From: a bacterium
GTDB lineage: Bacteria > UBA8248
DNA: 64,000 nt
Direction of reading: 5' to 3'
NCBI GenBank assembly: GCA_965202625.1
Contig: CBDBBI010000010.1
Coordinates: forward strand, 1,408,001-1,472,000
Shown: positions 1-11,310 of the stretch, piece by piece
Position numbering within the stretch: position 1 is the first letter of the stretch
How the letters are laid out: each line of letters opens with the position of its first letter
Notes under the pieces: model-generated
Told to the model about the DNA's origin: nothing
Database searches by the model: none
The model's input: the letters and a program-made list of their open reading frames with translations, nothing else
Translations under genes and position numbers: made by a program

Positions 1-121
1 ATTCAGCGGCAAGTTTCACCAGCTTCTTAGCCGAGTCCAAACCATCGTGGGTCGGGCCAGCCTCGAACGTTACAAAAACAGGGTGCCCATCTCCTACCTG
101 CCTATCGCCGAAATGTACCAT
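1..121 (-). CDS. N-acetylneuraminate/nonulosonate synthase family protein (NeuB/PseI/SpsE-like), 5' part only, runs off the window
   Basis: Manual translation from ATG at 121, preceded by GAGGG: MVHFGDRQVGDGHPVFVTFEAGPTHDGLDSAKKLVKLAAE, matching the NeuB-family N-terminus; lies downstream of pseB. Not in the ORF track. Confidence 0.8.
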   Translation of the reverse strand, partial: MVHFGDRQVGDGHPVFVTFEAGPTHDGLDSAKKLVKLAAE

Positions 122-598
122 CAACGAAACCCTCAAAGTTCATCATGCCTTGAAAACCGAGAACATCGCTCAGCCTTCAAAGGCAATACAATAATACGTC
201 CAGGAATTTTCCATATATTTGGCGCAAAAAATGGGGAGCAAACATCAGCACCCAATACCCCAGAAACCCTTTCGCAAAAACCACATCCCTAAGCAAATCC
301 AAAAATGGTTTTCTTTTCTCTATCGCCTCCTTATGTCATGGCTCAATATCCAAACGCTTCTACTCTAGGTGCCACTATGGCTGAGGCGTATCGCAAGCCC
401 GGGGGATGAGACATGACCTTCGGCTTCTTGCTGCTTGCCTCCAGCGCATCCGCTTATGGACCTTATATTCCCCGCTCCATAGCTCGAATACCGCGATCAT
501 TATAAAATCACCCTTATTTTCGCCACAGAATCAGCATCCGCCTCAAAAGGCAAGGTTGCGCATCAAGCCGAAAACGGAGGCCAACGTCGAGGAAATTT

Positions 599-1597
599 TT
601 AATCATCCTCTAGGCGAATCAATTTTTTCAACTCTTTTTGGCTAAGCCACTGCGCATTGGTGTCGCTCGCATAGACAAATCCATCCGGGGGAGAATGATC
701 TTCGCAGTGCTCACGCCCGGCTTCTAAAAAGCGATTCGCCCGAATGACGTACATGTCATTGAGTTCAACAGAGTGTCCGGCCTCTTCATTCGAAATGAGC
801 ACTTCGTGCAGCTTCTCGCCGGGCCGAATGCCGATGAAATCAATGCCGCAATCCGGAGCGACCGCCCGAGCCAATTCCATGATGCTCATGCTCGGGATTT
901 TGGGAACGAAAACCTCACCGCCTTCCATCTGTGAAATACAACGAATGACGAACTCCACGCCCTGCTCCAGAGTGAGCCAGAAACGGGTCATGCGTTCATC
1001 CGTCACGGTGATCCTTCCGCTCCGCCGCTGTTCACTGAAAACAGGGAGAACGCTTCCCCTGCTGCCCATAACGTTTCCATAGCGCGCACACGAGAATATC
1101 GTCGGCCGTCGCCCCCCCTTCGCAGAATAGTTGTTGCCATGGACGAACATTTTCTCCGCGCACAACTTCGTCGCCCCATACAAATTGATAGGATTCACCG
1201 CCTTGTCTGTGCTCAGGGCAAAAACTCTTTGGACTCCTCTGTCGATTGCGGAGTCAATCACGTTCTGCGCACCATAAATATTTGTTTTCACAGCCTCAAA
1301 CGGATTGTACTCGCAGACGGGAACCTGCTTCAAAGCCGCCGCGTGAACGACGACATCCACCTCGTCAAACGCCCTGCATACCCTTTCTTTGTCTCTAACG
1401 TCCCCAATAAAATAGCGCAAGGGCGAGGTGGGTGAATCTGGAAACTGTTGACGCATCTCATGCTGCTTCAATTCATCACGGCTAAAAACAATGTACTTTT
1501 TCGGCTTGTGGCGACCCAGGAATATTTCCGCGAATTTCCTGCCGAACGAACCTGTTCCTCCCGTCACCAATATTGTTTTGCCATCAAATGAAAACAT
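599..1597 (-). CDS. pseB: UDP-N-acetylglucosamine 4,6-dehydratase (inverting)
   Basis: TGGTGSFG, FSRDELKQ, HAAALKQVP, STDKAVNPINLYGATK, RYGNVMGSRGSV and GIRPGEKLHE motifs; start moved to MFSFDGK. Confidence 0.93.
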   Translation of the reverse strand: MFSFDGKTILVTGGTGSFGRKFAEIFLGRHKPKKYIVFSRDELKQHEMRQQFPDSPTSPLRYFIGDVRDKERVCRAFDEVDVVVHAAALKQVPVCEYNPFEAVKTNIYGAQNVIDSAIDRGVQRVFALSTDKAVNPINLYGATKLCAEKMFVHGNNYSAKGGRRPTIFSCARYGNVMGSRGSVLPVFSEQRRSGRITVTDERMTRFWLTLEQGVEFVIRCISQMEGGEVFVPKIPSMSIMELARAVAPDCGIDFIGIRPGEKLHEVLISNEEAGHSVELNDMYVIRANRFLEAGREHCEDHSPPDGFVYASDTNAQWLSQKELKKLIRLEDD

Positions 1598-1946
1598 CTC
1601 TCGCCACCTTTCTCTCCGAATTACGTCCCATCCAGCAGGATGGCCGAGTCGTTCACGCGGATACAAACATTAAACGTTTTTGGGTAAAACCCAAAATGCC
1701 CCAAAGACAAACGACTAAACGCCTGATTTTGAGAGGCTCAGTAATAGCATATTTTCAGCGAAGGATATTTCCCTCGCTCGGCGCGAGGCGTATCAAGGGG
1801 AGAATTTTCATATCGCCTCTCTCCAGCACCGGTTCTGAAGCACCGGTGCTCAAGGAATCGATTACACATCGAAAATGCCGCCAAGGCCCGCGCCGCCCAA
1901 CGGCGCATCGCCCATCCTCAAGCGAAAGGGACCCTGTCGTTGAGAC

Positions 1947-2024
1947 TGGCGTCCCCAAGGGGATTCGAACCCCTGTTGCCGGCGTGAAAGGCCGGTGTCC
2001 TGGGCCAGGCTAGACGATGGGGAC
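1947..2024 (-). tRNA. tRNA-Glu (TTC)
   Basis: Reverse complement GTCCCCATCGTCTAGCCTGGCCCAGGACACCGGCC-TTTCAC-GCCGGCAACAGGGGTTCGAATCCCCTTGGGGACGCCA: cloverleaf, T-loop GTTCGAATC, encoded CCA. Confidence 0.97.
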
Positions 2025-2118
2025 GAAGTAAATTGCCAAGCGCGTGGAATGAATTCCCTGCCCTTAAGGAGCACATTTATATTCGTTTTTGGATTCTAAG
2101 TCCATTCGGACAAGTCCT

Positions 2119-2991
2119 TCAAGCGCGCAAGAGAACGAGAATGACGCCGCTCACAGTGAGGGCCGCTCCGGCAGGCACGCGCCAGGTGATAGATTCCACT
2201 TTCCTGAGAAAAACGCCGCTGAACAACACAGTAAACAAGGGACTCGTCTGCACCAGCGGCGCCACCCTAAAAACCTCCCCTCCCCGCAGAGCGGACGTGA
2301 AGAGAAAAATGCCCGCCCCCGCCGCCAAGCCACCCAGCATATAGGGCCAAAATGCTCGCTTCATCTCGCCCACGCCCGCATCGCCCAAGGCATAGTAGCG
2401 GGTGTAGGCGCTCACCAAGAGGAGAGCGGACAGGGCGCCTATCATTGAGGCGGAGAGAGCACTCGGAAAAGCAACCAGTCCCTTTTTCCAGGATATGGCA
2501 CCGACCGCTGAAATCATCGCCGCGAACAAGGGCCAACGGGCATCCCAGCGGCTCCATCGCCCTCCCGTCTTGCCGGATAAAAGCAGGACGACGCCGCCCG
2601 CCACAAACCCAACGCCCATAAAGTGGTACCAAGTCGGCTCCTCTCCCAGGACGACGAATCCCAAGAAGGCGGCGAAAATGGGAGACATCCCCTTGATTGG
2701 CGCGGCACGCGCTACGCCGACGCGGTGAATGCCAACGAGGAAGAAAATGAGAAAAAGCCCCGGATTGCACATGCCGCCAATCATCACCCAAAAGTAATGC
2801 ACGCCCGCTTCGGGGAATGGGGAACCCAGGAGGAGAGTCAACGGAACCAAAAGAACTAACTCCCCCACCAGCGTGATAGTGGCGCCCGCGAAATGATTGG
2901 CGCGCTGCAAGCCCTCGCGCGCGAATAAATCCGCGCAGGTGAAGCACATCGCCGCACCAAGGGAGAAAAGGAAGAATGGCTCAATCAGCAA
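2119..2991 (-). CDS. DMT/EamA family transporter
   Basis: About 10 hydrophobic segments in two repeats; 'GVARAAPIKGMSPIFAAFLG' and 'VAPLVQTSPLFTVL' EamA-like motifs. Confidence 0.85.
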   Translation of the reverse strand: MLIEPFFLFSLGAAMCFTCADLFAREGLQRANHFAGATITLVGELVLLVPLTLLLGSPFPEAGVHYFWVMIGGMCNPGLFLIFFLVGIHRVGVARAAPIKGMSPIFAAFLGFVVLGEEPTWYHFMGVGFVAGGVVLLLSGKTGGRWSRWDARWPLFAAMISAVGAISWKKGLVAFPSALSASMIGALSALLLVSAYTRYYALGDAGVGEMKRAFWPYMLGGLAAGAGIFLFTSALRGGEVFRVAPLVQTSPLFTVLFSGVFLRKVESITWRVPAGAALTVSGVILVLLRA

Positions 2992-3055
2992 GACGCGACT
3001 TTCCGCTTGATGAGAATTGGCCAGAATCTCTTTTTCCGAGATTCACTTGGCGGAT

Positions 3056-4261
3056 TTAAGCGAGATATTTTCGAGAATTGCCCAAAAACTCCACCACGGA
3101 CTGCGCGAAGACGCTCGCGCCGACCGGCAACGCGCTTTCATCCAAGTCGAATCGATCCGAATGCAGCCCGTGAACAAACCCTTTCTCCTCGTTCGACACG
3201 CCCACGCGGAACATCGCGCCAGGCCGCTGGAGCGCCATGTAGGCGAAATCCTCAGCCCCCATCGAAAGAGGCATTTCTCTCACGTTCTCCGCGCCGAGAA
3301 CCTGCGCGCCGGCGCTTTCGATGAGCGCAACGGCCGCCTCGTGATTCACCAAAGCGGGGTAGCCGGGCACGATGTCGAGTTCGATCTGCACGCCAAAAGA
3401 TTGCGCCACGCCACGAGCCACTTCCTCCAGGCGCGCTCGAATCCTCTCCCTGATTTTCGGGTCGTGCGTGCGCAGGGTGCCTCTTACGCTGGCGTCAGAG
3501 GGTATGACGTTCATCGCGACGCCGGACGCAAACCCCGTGATCGAAAGAACGGCCGATTCAAAGGGACCAATGTTTCTGCTCACAATGCTTTGCAAGGTGG
3601 TCACCAGATGCGAGGCGGCCACCAGGGCGTCTTTGGACTGATGGGGATGGGCCGCGTGGGCACCTTCGCCCCTGACTTGAAAATGGAGTTTATCCCCCGC
3701 CGCCATCACCAGCCCCGAGCGGACTCCGATGCGGCCTGCGGGTATATTCGGCCACACATGCGCGGCGATGAGCAGATCGACCCGGGGGTCCTCCAGAACC
3801 CCCTCTTCCACCATTTTTTCCCCCCCGGCCTTTCCCTCTTCAGCAGGCTGAAATATGAATTTGACGTTGCCGCCCAAGCCATCAAGCCAATGCCTGTTTT
3901 GAGAGAAAAGGCGCGCCACGCCCAACAACATGCTCAGGTGGGCGTCATGGCCACAAGCGTGCATTTTCCCTGGATGCTGGCTTTTGTAGGGCACGTCGTT
4001 CGACTCATGTATCGGAAGCGCGTCCATGTCAGCCCGAATGCCGATGGTCGGACCTGGGCGTCCGGTCTCAAGTAGTCCGACCACTCCGGTTTCCGCAACG
4101 CCAGCCTGAACCTGAAGCCCAAAATCCTTGAGGTGTTCCACGATGAGACGAGACGTTTCGTGCTCTTCGTAGCAGAGCTCCGGCTTCATGTGAACGGCGC
4201 GCCTGATCTCCGAAAGCCAGGGTCGCAACGCCAAGGCGGCGCTCTGTATGGATTGAGACAT
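3056..4261 (-). CDS. M20 family amidohydrolase (hippuricase/aminoacylase-like)
   Basis: HMKPEL, RADMDALP, MHACGHD, FQPAEE and AEDF motifs. Confidence 0.92.
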   Translation of the reverse strand: MSQSIQSAALALRPWLSEIRRAVHMKPELCYEEHETSRLIVEHLKDFGLQVQAGVAETGVVGLLETGRPGPTIGIRADMDALPIHESNDVPYKSQHPGKMHACGHDAHLSMLLGVARLFSQNRHWLDGLGGNVKFIFQPAEEGKAGGEKMVEEGVLEDPRVDLLIAAHVWPNIPAGRIGVRSGLVMAAGDKLHFQVRGEGAHAAHPHQSKDALVAASHLVTTLQSIVSRNIGPFESAVLSITGFASGVAMNVIPSDASVRGTLRTHDPKIRERIRARLEEVARGVAQSFGVQIELDIVPGYPALVNHEAAVALIESAGAQVLGAENVREMPLSMGAEDFAYMALQRPGAMFRVGVSNEEKGFVHGLHSDRFDLDESALPVGASVFAQSVVEFLGNSRKYLA

Positions 4262-4496
4262 GGCGTCAGACCTCATACATTCGTTTCTTGTTTATCCGTC
4301 CGTCCAGCCCCGGTGGGAAGAATCGTTATCATAAACGACTAAGAGGACACAATCTATCGTTCTATTCTCTGCTTCTCGGTTCTCTAAGCATCCCGCGCCG
4401 CCGCGTGCCTCCAAAACGTCCCAAAGAACGAATGGAGACGTTTCGCGCGCATCACGCAGGGCGTCGGCGCTTCAAAGCGGCCGCCTTGGCGTAGGG

Positions 4497-6179
4497 TCAA
4501 AAATCATCCGGAGAAAACGCAAGGCGCATCTTTAATATCTTCTTGATGTCGTCTCGCTTGTGCTTGCGCGTCGTGGTTTTGGGTAACTCATCGTCGGGCC
4601 AGAGGAGAAAACCGGCCACTCTCTTATAGTCCGCCAGCTGCGCGCCCAGACGCCTCAGCTCGGAATCGGCCAGGGCCGCGCGCTCCTCATCCTTTTGAGG
4701 CAAATCGGCTTCAGGGTTGAGCACGACGACGGCGAACACCTCCTCTCCCCGCCGAGACGCCTTTCGGCCGATGACGCACACGTCCTGAAACCATGCGCTT
4801 TTCATAAGATGCTCTTCCACCTCTTCCGGATAAACGTTCTTACCCGATTCGGAGACGATCACGTTTTTGGAGCGACCGCATATCGTAAGGTAGCCTTCCG
4901 TATCCTGCCGGCCAATGTCTCCGGTATGAAACCATCCCTCCCGCAAGACTTCCTCCGTCATCTGCAGATTATGGAAATAGCCTTGCATCACGTTTGGTCC
5001 ACGTATCAGGATCTCTCCCTCACCCTCGTCTGCGCCTTCCACGGGTTTGAACCGCACCTCCACTCCCGGTATCGGAGAGCCGACGGTTCCGATTCTATTT
5101 TGCGCACCTGGACGATTCACATGCGTGACGGGTGATGTTTCCGTCAGGCCATATCCCTGAATCACCTCTATTCCCAAAATGAGCAAATCCCGAGAAATTT
5201 CCGAGTCGAGCGCGGACCCTCCACTCACAAAGTAGCGCAAATCCTTCCCAAGATTTTTCTTCACTTGTGGAAACAAAAAACGCCCCACGCGCCAACCCAT
5301 CGACAAACACATCCTGGAAACCCCAAAAAGCGCCTGAAAAACAATTTTCTTCACTCCGCTCAGCGATTCCACGGTCGCCATGATGCGCTTGTGAATCAGC
5401 CGTGCCAGAGCCGGCACCATCAAACAGATGGTGATGCCCTCGTTTTGCATGGCGTCCGCGATGACGCGCGGGTTCAGGGAGGATAGGTAATGCACCCGCG
5501 CCCCTCCTATCAGAGGTATCAGGAAACCGCCCGTGCTCTCCATCATATGATGAAGCGGCAAAATCGAGAGAAAAACGTCATTCTCGTCAACGACAAATCC
5601 TCCAGATCCGAGCGCGGCGCGCACGTTGGACACGATGTTCCCGTGAGAGAGCATCACCCCCTTGGGCGTTCCCGTCGTCCCTGATGAAAACGATATCAGA
5701 GCCAAATCGTTCGGACCTCGTTTGGCGCCCGGCAGAGCATCGGGTGAGGCGGCGGGATCAGCCTCTCTTTCCTCATCAAGGCGCAACACCTCACAGGCCG
5801 AGGCGATGCCCTTCGCCAGCGTCTTGGCCCTCTCCTCCTCCTGGGCGTCCGCCACGACACAAACGGGCTTGGCTTCAGCCAAGATGTTCGCGAGTTCCCC
5901 ATCCTTTAAGTTCACGTCCAACGGCACGAGAACGCCGCCGGCAAGCAGCACTCCAAAATAACCCACCGACCATTCGGGCTGATTCGGCGCCAACAGGGCG
6001 ACCATGTCTCCCGGCTTCACTCCAGCGGCCACCAACGCCTGCGCCAAGGCAAGCGCCCTCTCGCTCAGTCGCGCTCTCGTGAGCGCAATCCGCCCGCGCC
6101 CCTCCACGTCGCCTTCAAAAGCAACTGGGCCAGGAAATTTCGTCCGCGCCTCGTTCAAGAGGTCAATCAGCGTATCCAT
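4497..6179 (-). CDS. long-chain-fatty-acid--CoA ligase (AMP-binding enzyme)
   Basis: SSGTTGTPKG, QGYGLTE, GWFHTGD and GKNVYPEEVE motifs. Confidence 0.88.
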   Translation of the reverse strand: MDTLIDLLNEARTKFPGPVAFEGDVEGRGRIALTRARLSERALALAQALVAAGVKPGDMVALLAPNQPEWSVGYFGVLLAGGVLVPLDVNLKDGELANILAEAKPVCVVADAQEEERAKTLAKGIASACEVLRLDEEREADPAASPDALPGAKRGPNDLALISFSSGTTGTPKGVMLSHGNIVSNVRAALGSGGFVVDENDVFLSILPLHHMMESTGGFLIPLIGGARVHYLSSLNPRVIADAMQNEGITICLMVPALARLIHKRIMATVESLSGVKKIVFQALFGVSRMCLSMGWRVGRFLFPQVKKNLGKDLRYFVSGGSALDSEISRDLLILGIEVIQGYGLTETSPVTHVNRPGAQNRIGTVGSPIPGVEVRFKPVEGADEGEGEILIRGPNVMQGYFHNLQMTEEVLREGWFHTGDIGRQDTEGYLTICGRSKNVIVSESGKNVYPEEVEEHLMKSAWFQDVCVIGRKASRRGEEVFAVVVLNPEADLPQKDEERAALADSELRRLGAQLADYKRVAGFLLWPDDELPKTTTRKHKRDDIKKILKMRLAFSPDDF

Positions 6180-7284
6180 GCCCGCTCTCTCTTCTGTTGG
6201 TCCACATACAACATTCCGCCAAGTTTCGAGGGAGACTCTTCATCGCTTCCTCCTCTAGAGTAAAATCCATTCCATAAATACTGAAAATTACTCGAAAATA
6301 GTATAAACGTGAAACTCGCCAGAGTGAAAGTGCTTGAACCGATGAGGGGGCAATCTGCGACACGCGTGAGGAGGAGGTGAAACGCCCCTGGAAAAATGCG
6401 AATATTACCCGCGAGGACGTAGTCGACGCGATGGGCGCAGTCGTCAGGTGGCAAGGGAAATACAGGCTCAACGCTCACCTGAGCCTGCGCAGAAATGAGA
6501 AACCACCAGGCAAGAAGAAATGAAAAACCAGAATGAAGGTTTGGGACTCTCGTTCTGAAGCGGCTTCTCAAGTCATATCAAACGTTTTCGAACCTGCCAG
6601 GAGACAAACTCCCCCACAAAAACGAGAGCGACGATGGCCAGCACCAGCACACCCGATTTTTGCCATTGAAACTGCTTCACGTACAAAAATACGTAAAAAC
6701 CAAGCCCCCCGGCGCCGACCAAGCCCAAAATCGTGGAATCGCGTAAATTCATCTCGAAACGTATGGCCAGATGCGCGACCATCTGGGGCAGCACCTGGGG
6801 AATCAGGCCGTGCTGTATAATTTGAACGGAGGACGCCCCCGTCCCCTGCAACGCAAGCAGGGGCTTCGGGTCCGTCGCCTCGATCTCCTCCGCCACGAAC
6901 CGGCCGAGCACGCCGACCGAATGCGCCGCCAGTGCCAACACGCCTGGAAAGGGCCCAAGCCCCACGGCGGATACGAACAACAAGGCGAGAAGCAACAAGG
7001 GGATGGAGCGGACAAGCGCCATCAGGGCCTTGATAGGCAAGTGCACCCAAAACGGCGCCCAGTTCGACGCCGCAAGCACGCCCAGTGGATAGGCGAACAG
7101 GGCGCCCAGAAAAGTGCCCGCGATGGTGGTTTGCAGCGTTTCAAGCGCCGACACCAGCAAAACGTCCCAAACCGACCAGTCCGGCGGCGCCATTCGTCCA
7201 AAGAAGTGAAGCACCTGGGGAATTCCGCGCCAGAGTTGCACGAATGAGAACTCAGAGCCTTGAAAAGACCAGAATAATAAAGCG

Positions 7285-8130
<846 letters not shown>

Positions 8131-8134
8131 TTCT

Positions 8135-9058
8135 CTATTCCTTCAAGAAGCCATACTTTCGAGCCATGGCGGCCACGGATTGATAATGGGCGGGGCTGAT
8201 TCTTATATACCCATGCGTGCCGTAGAGAAGCCGCAACAACGCGCGATGCTTCGGCTGGTTCATCTTCATCATTGCCGCGATGAACTTTTCTTTGATTTGG
8301 GCGCTCAACCCTTTCCGAACCACCACGTTGTGGCTGGGAATTCTGGCGGACTGGCTGATGGCGATGATTTGATCCCGCTGCCCAGGACGCAGAAGATTGA
8401 CGGCGTATTGACTGACGCCAGCGGCGTCGACGAAGCCGCCAACCAATGAACTGATCGTCTGCTGATCCCCGCCAGCAAAATACACCCTCCGGAAAAATCC
8501 ACCTTCGGGCTTCTCCAACCCTCCCTTCGCAAGACCGGAGCGAACGAATATATCGTGGGGATACATGAAACCAGAGCTCGAAATCGGGTCGACATAAGCG
8601 ATGGTTTTTCCCTTGAGATCAGAGAGATTTTTGATGCCGCTGTCTTTTCGCACAAAAATCCGGGAGTAGTAATAGGGCTTTCCACCATATATCTCGCCGA
8701 GAACAGCCTCGACCCCTGAATGCCTGTTCGCCAGAACATATGGCAAAGGAGACATAAAGCTGACGTCCGCCTTGTTGGAGATCATGGCCTCCACCGCGGC
8801 CGAATAGTTCAGGGTGATGAAGTAGCGAACCTTGAGCCCCATCTCCTTTTCCAGGAAATTCATGGCCGGTTTTACGTTGCTGATGAGTTTCTCGGGATTC
8901 TCAAGCGGAATGAATGCAATCCGAATCTCTCCGTAGGCCGCATGGGTAAGACCCAAAGCCGACAAAAACGTGGAGAAGATGAGGAGGGTTCCTCTCGAGA
9001 GGCAGGTCCTCAATGCTCTCGAAAATGATTCTCGTATAAAGCGCATGGCGTTCCTCAT
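8135..9058 (-). CDS. phosphate/phosphite/phosphonate ABC transporter substrate-binding protein (PhnD-like)
   Basis: Signal peptide; NYSAAVEAM, YYSRIFVRKDSGI, DLKGKTIAYVDPISSSG motifs. Substrate not established. Confidence 0.85.
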   Translation of the reverse strand: MRNAMRFIRESFSRALRTCLSRGTLLIFSTFLSALGLTHAAYGEIRIAFIPLENPEKLISNVKPAMNFLEKEMGLKVRYFITLNYSAAVEAMISNKADVSFMSPLPYVLANRHSGVEAVLGEIYGGKPYYYSRIFVRKDSGIKNLSDLKGKTIAYVDPISSSGFMYPHDIFVRSGLAKGGLEKPEGGFFRRVYFAGGDQQTISSLVGGFVDAAGVSQYAVNLLRPGQRDQIIAISQSARIPSHNVVVRKGLSAQIKEKFIAAMMKMNQPKHRALLRLLYGTHGYIRISPAHYQSVAAMARKYGFLKE

Positions 9059-11013
9059 TTTAGCCTACCCACGTTTTTCTCATAAAGGGCGTGGTAAGCC
9101 GCTATTTTCCCGTCAGTCAACCGCGCGTCACCGGCAAGATGGGCGGCCACAGCCTCTTTCAGCCTGTTCTCCATTTCATTGAGAATGGGCAGACTCCCCT
9201 TGTCCTGAACGTCCCACTTGTGGGCTTGCACCTCACGCACAACGGTTTTCAACAAGATGGTGAGCAACTCCCTTTTCTTTCTCTGCTTCAAGCGCTCATA
9301 CGTGGAGAGGAAAAATTGAAACTCCTCCAGTTCCGCCTCCAACGTGTGCAACGTATCTTCGATACCCTGAACGCCATCCCCTACGGCTTCGACATACGCC
9401 GTCAGGTCATCAATATCCTTTGGACTTAAACCCAGCTCGAATTTCTCGTTGAACCATTCATTCACCGCTCTCAAGGTGGGTAGGCTCCCATCGTGAAAAT
9501 AAGGTGCCGTGAATCTGGATGAGAGCAGGGTGGGCGTGTCCAGTCCCCCTACGTGGAAGAGGAGCCGTCCTCCCGTAGAACCGATATCGTGTCGCTTATG
9601 ATCCACGAAATTCGCGTTTGGAACATGACAACTCGCGCAACTCGTTCCGCCCATCATCTGGGGGAATTTCCGGTGGAATATCTTCTCGCCCCGCAACGCC
9701 GCTCGAGAGACCTCTCTAGGGTCAAGCATTCCGCTTTTTTTCAGTTTCGGGTTCGGCAGGAACTCAAACTCGTTCATATAGGCGATCATCCCGTCTAGGA
9801 GCATCGGATCCGGCTCCGGCCCATTGAACTCATTCACGATAACGTTGCGCACGAATTCCCTGAGCGAACTAAAACGACCGTTCCTGCCGTAGGGTGCCGT
9901 AAAGCGAATCCCCCTGAGGTCTGGCGTGTCAAGCGGATCATGAAAACCGTTGTTGGCGTGGGCGGCGAAGAAACTGTTCGAGACGTCAATGCCGCCTTTT
10001 TTCCTCGAAAGTCCTGGAACGAACAGATTGGGGTTCGTCACCCCCTTGTTGTGACATGTGTTGCAACTGACCCCTAGGCTGCGCGCGGGCTCTCCGAATA
10101 TCTCCGGGCTGTCAAAGGCCATATCTCCCAAAGCGATGAGAAAAGTCTCCGCCTCGTTCACCCCACGCGCCGCCATTGCGAGAATTTGCCTGGGACGCGG
10201 GAGTTGTTTGTTGATGTCGGCACCCGGCGGCAGGCGTCGCGGCACTTTCGCCGTTTTGAGATATGTCTCGCTCGCCTTGGGCCGGGGGAGAAGCCTCTGT
10301 CGTTCTCCGGTCCGAAAGGTAGAGAAATTCGAGTGGAAATACTGACGGATGAAAGAAAGGCTCTCCCGAATTCGCTTCAAGTTCATCGGCCTCGCGCCAA
10401 CGCCCATCACGCCGGCCGCTCCGAGGCCGGAGCTCGCCTCCAGCCAATGGATTTGCATATTTCGCCACGCCTTTGGATCCAGATGCGGCAAGGTCTCGGC
10501 AAACGCCTGAAAGATTCTTCGCGCCTCATTTAGATGACTTCTCACGTCGGTTCTCTCGGAGCTCGTCTTGACACGATCGATGTGGATAACGAGCAACGAA
10601 GAAACGCCTCGCGTCGCAAGGGAGAAAGTCAAATGTCTCCCTTTTTCTCGCGCGGCTACCATGTCTGGCGCCTCATCCCGCCTCGCCTCCGGCTGGGCGG
10701 CGCGCTTCGCCGCCATCAACTCCTTTGAAAACTTCCTGCCGATCAGCGGGTTCACGCGCTTGAGGGATTGTTCGATGCGTCTCATGTCGGACCAGACTTG
10801 GGGCCAGAGGACAGGGTTCAAATTCAGGACGAAACTGGCGCGACGATAGCTCTCGGCGACAGGATGCAATTCCTCGGGTGGGACGATATGGGCCGAGGCG
10901 GCACCGAAACCCATCACAAGAATGACGGCGGCCAGAAGCCACGACAACATCGTTGAAGAGTTGTCCCCACCCGGACGCATATTGACCACGGGAGCCTTGA
11001 CGCCGCATCCCAT
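9055..11013 (-). CDS. secreted di-haem cytochrome c, bacterial cytochrome c peroxidase/MauG superfamily-like, with N- and C-terminal helical extensions
   Basis: Two CxxCH motifs (SCNTCH, SCASCH), DTPxL...TAPY repeated, TAPYFHDGS, signal peptide ending AASA; 4-nt overlap with the PhnD-like gene. Start could be 11013, 10980 or 10950. Confidence 0.8.
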   Translation of the reverse strand: MGCGVKAPVVNMRPGGDNSSTMLSWLLAAVILVMGFGAASAHIVPPEELHPVAESYRRASFVLNLNPVLWPQVWSDMRRIEQSLKRVNPLIGRKFSKELMAAKRAAQPEARRDEAPDMVAAREKGRHLTFSLATRGVSSLLVIHIDRVKTSSERTDVRSHLNEARRIFQAFAETLPHLDPKAWRNMQIHWLEASSGLGAAGVMGVGARPMNLKRIRESLSFIRQYFHSNFSTFRTGERQRLLPRPKASETYLKTAKVPRRLPPGADINKQLPRPRQILAMAARGVNEAETFLIALGDMAFDSPEIFGEPARSLGVSCNTCHNKGVTNPNLFVPGLSRKKGGIDVSNSFFAAHANNGFHDPLDTPDLRGIRFTAPYGRNGRFSSLREFVRNVIVNEFNGPEPDPMLLDGMIAYMNEFEFLPNPKLKKSGMLDPREVSRAALRGEKIFHRKFPQMMGGTSCASCHVPNANFVDHKRHDIGSTGGRLLFHVGGLDTPTLLSSRFTAPYFHDGSLPTLRAVNEWFNEKFELGLSPKDIDDLTAYVEAVGDGVQGIEDTLHTLEAELEEFQFFLSTYERLKQRKKRELLTILLKTVVREVQAHKWDVQDKGSLPILNEMENRLKEAVAAHLAGDARLTDGKIAAYHALYEKNVGRLK

Positions 11014-11157
11014 ATTTTCATATCTCCCCATCTGATCAACGCACAATGCGCTAGGTCAGAAAATCCTAACGCATTCCCAAAAATAAAATCAACTGACAAC
11101 ATTCTATATTTTTAGACATACTTAAATTTCAGAAAACATATTCGCTCTGTTATATTT

Positions 11158-11183
11158 AAGGAAACGAGGCTAAAATTTTTCTC
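11158..11183 (+). repeat. left copy of a 26-bp inverted repeat bracketing amtB-glnK
   Basis: AAGGAAACGAGGCTAAAATTTTTCTC; 24/26 identical to the reverse complement of 13253-13278. Confidence 0.85.
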
Positions 11184-11310
11184 TTTTCGATGTGTGGGCT
11201 AGAACAGAGACAAAGAAAAGCAAGAGATTGTTGCGTGATAAACAATAATGTGAGTGATTCTGACCAAGGGTGGCGAATCCGAAAATTCTCTGCCATATGA
11301 ATCCCGACGC

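Noticed and set aside
6377-6523. 48-codon GTG-start ORF (MKRPWKNANITREDVVDAM...) with a small hairpin at 6463-6487
   Set aside because: The purine-rich tract abuts the start with poor spacing, no family was recognised, and readthrough of the upstream TGA gives no start codon.
11095-11157. Pho-box or Fur-box-like words upstream of the cytochrome-phn operon
   Set aside because: Only single, mismatched half-sites in AT-rich DNA; not enough to call.
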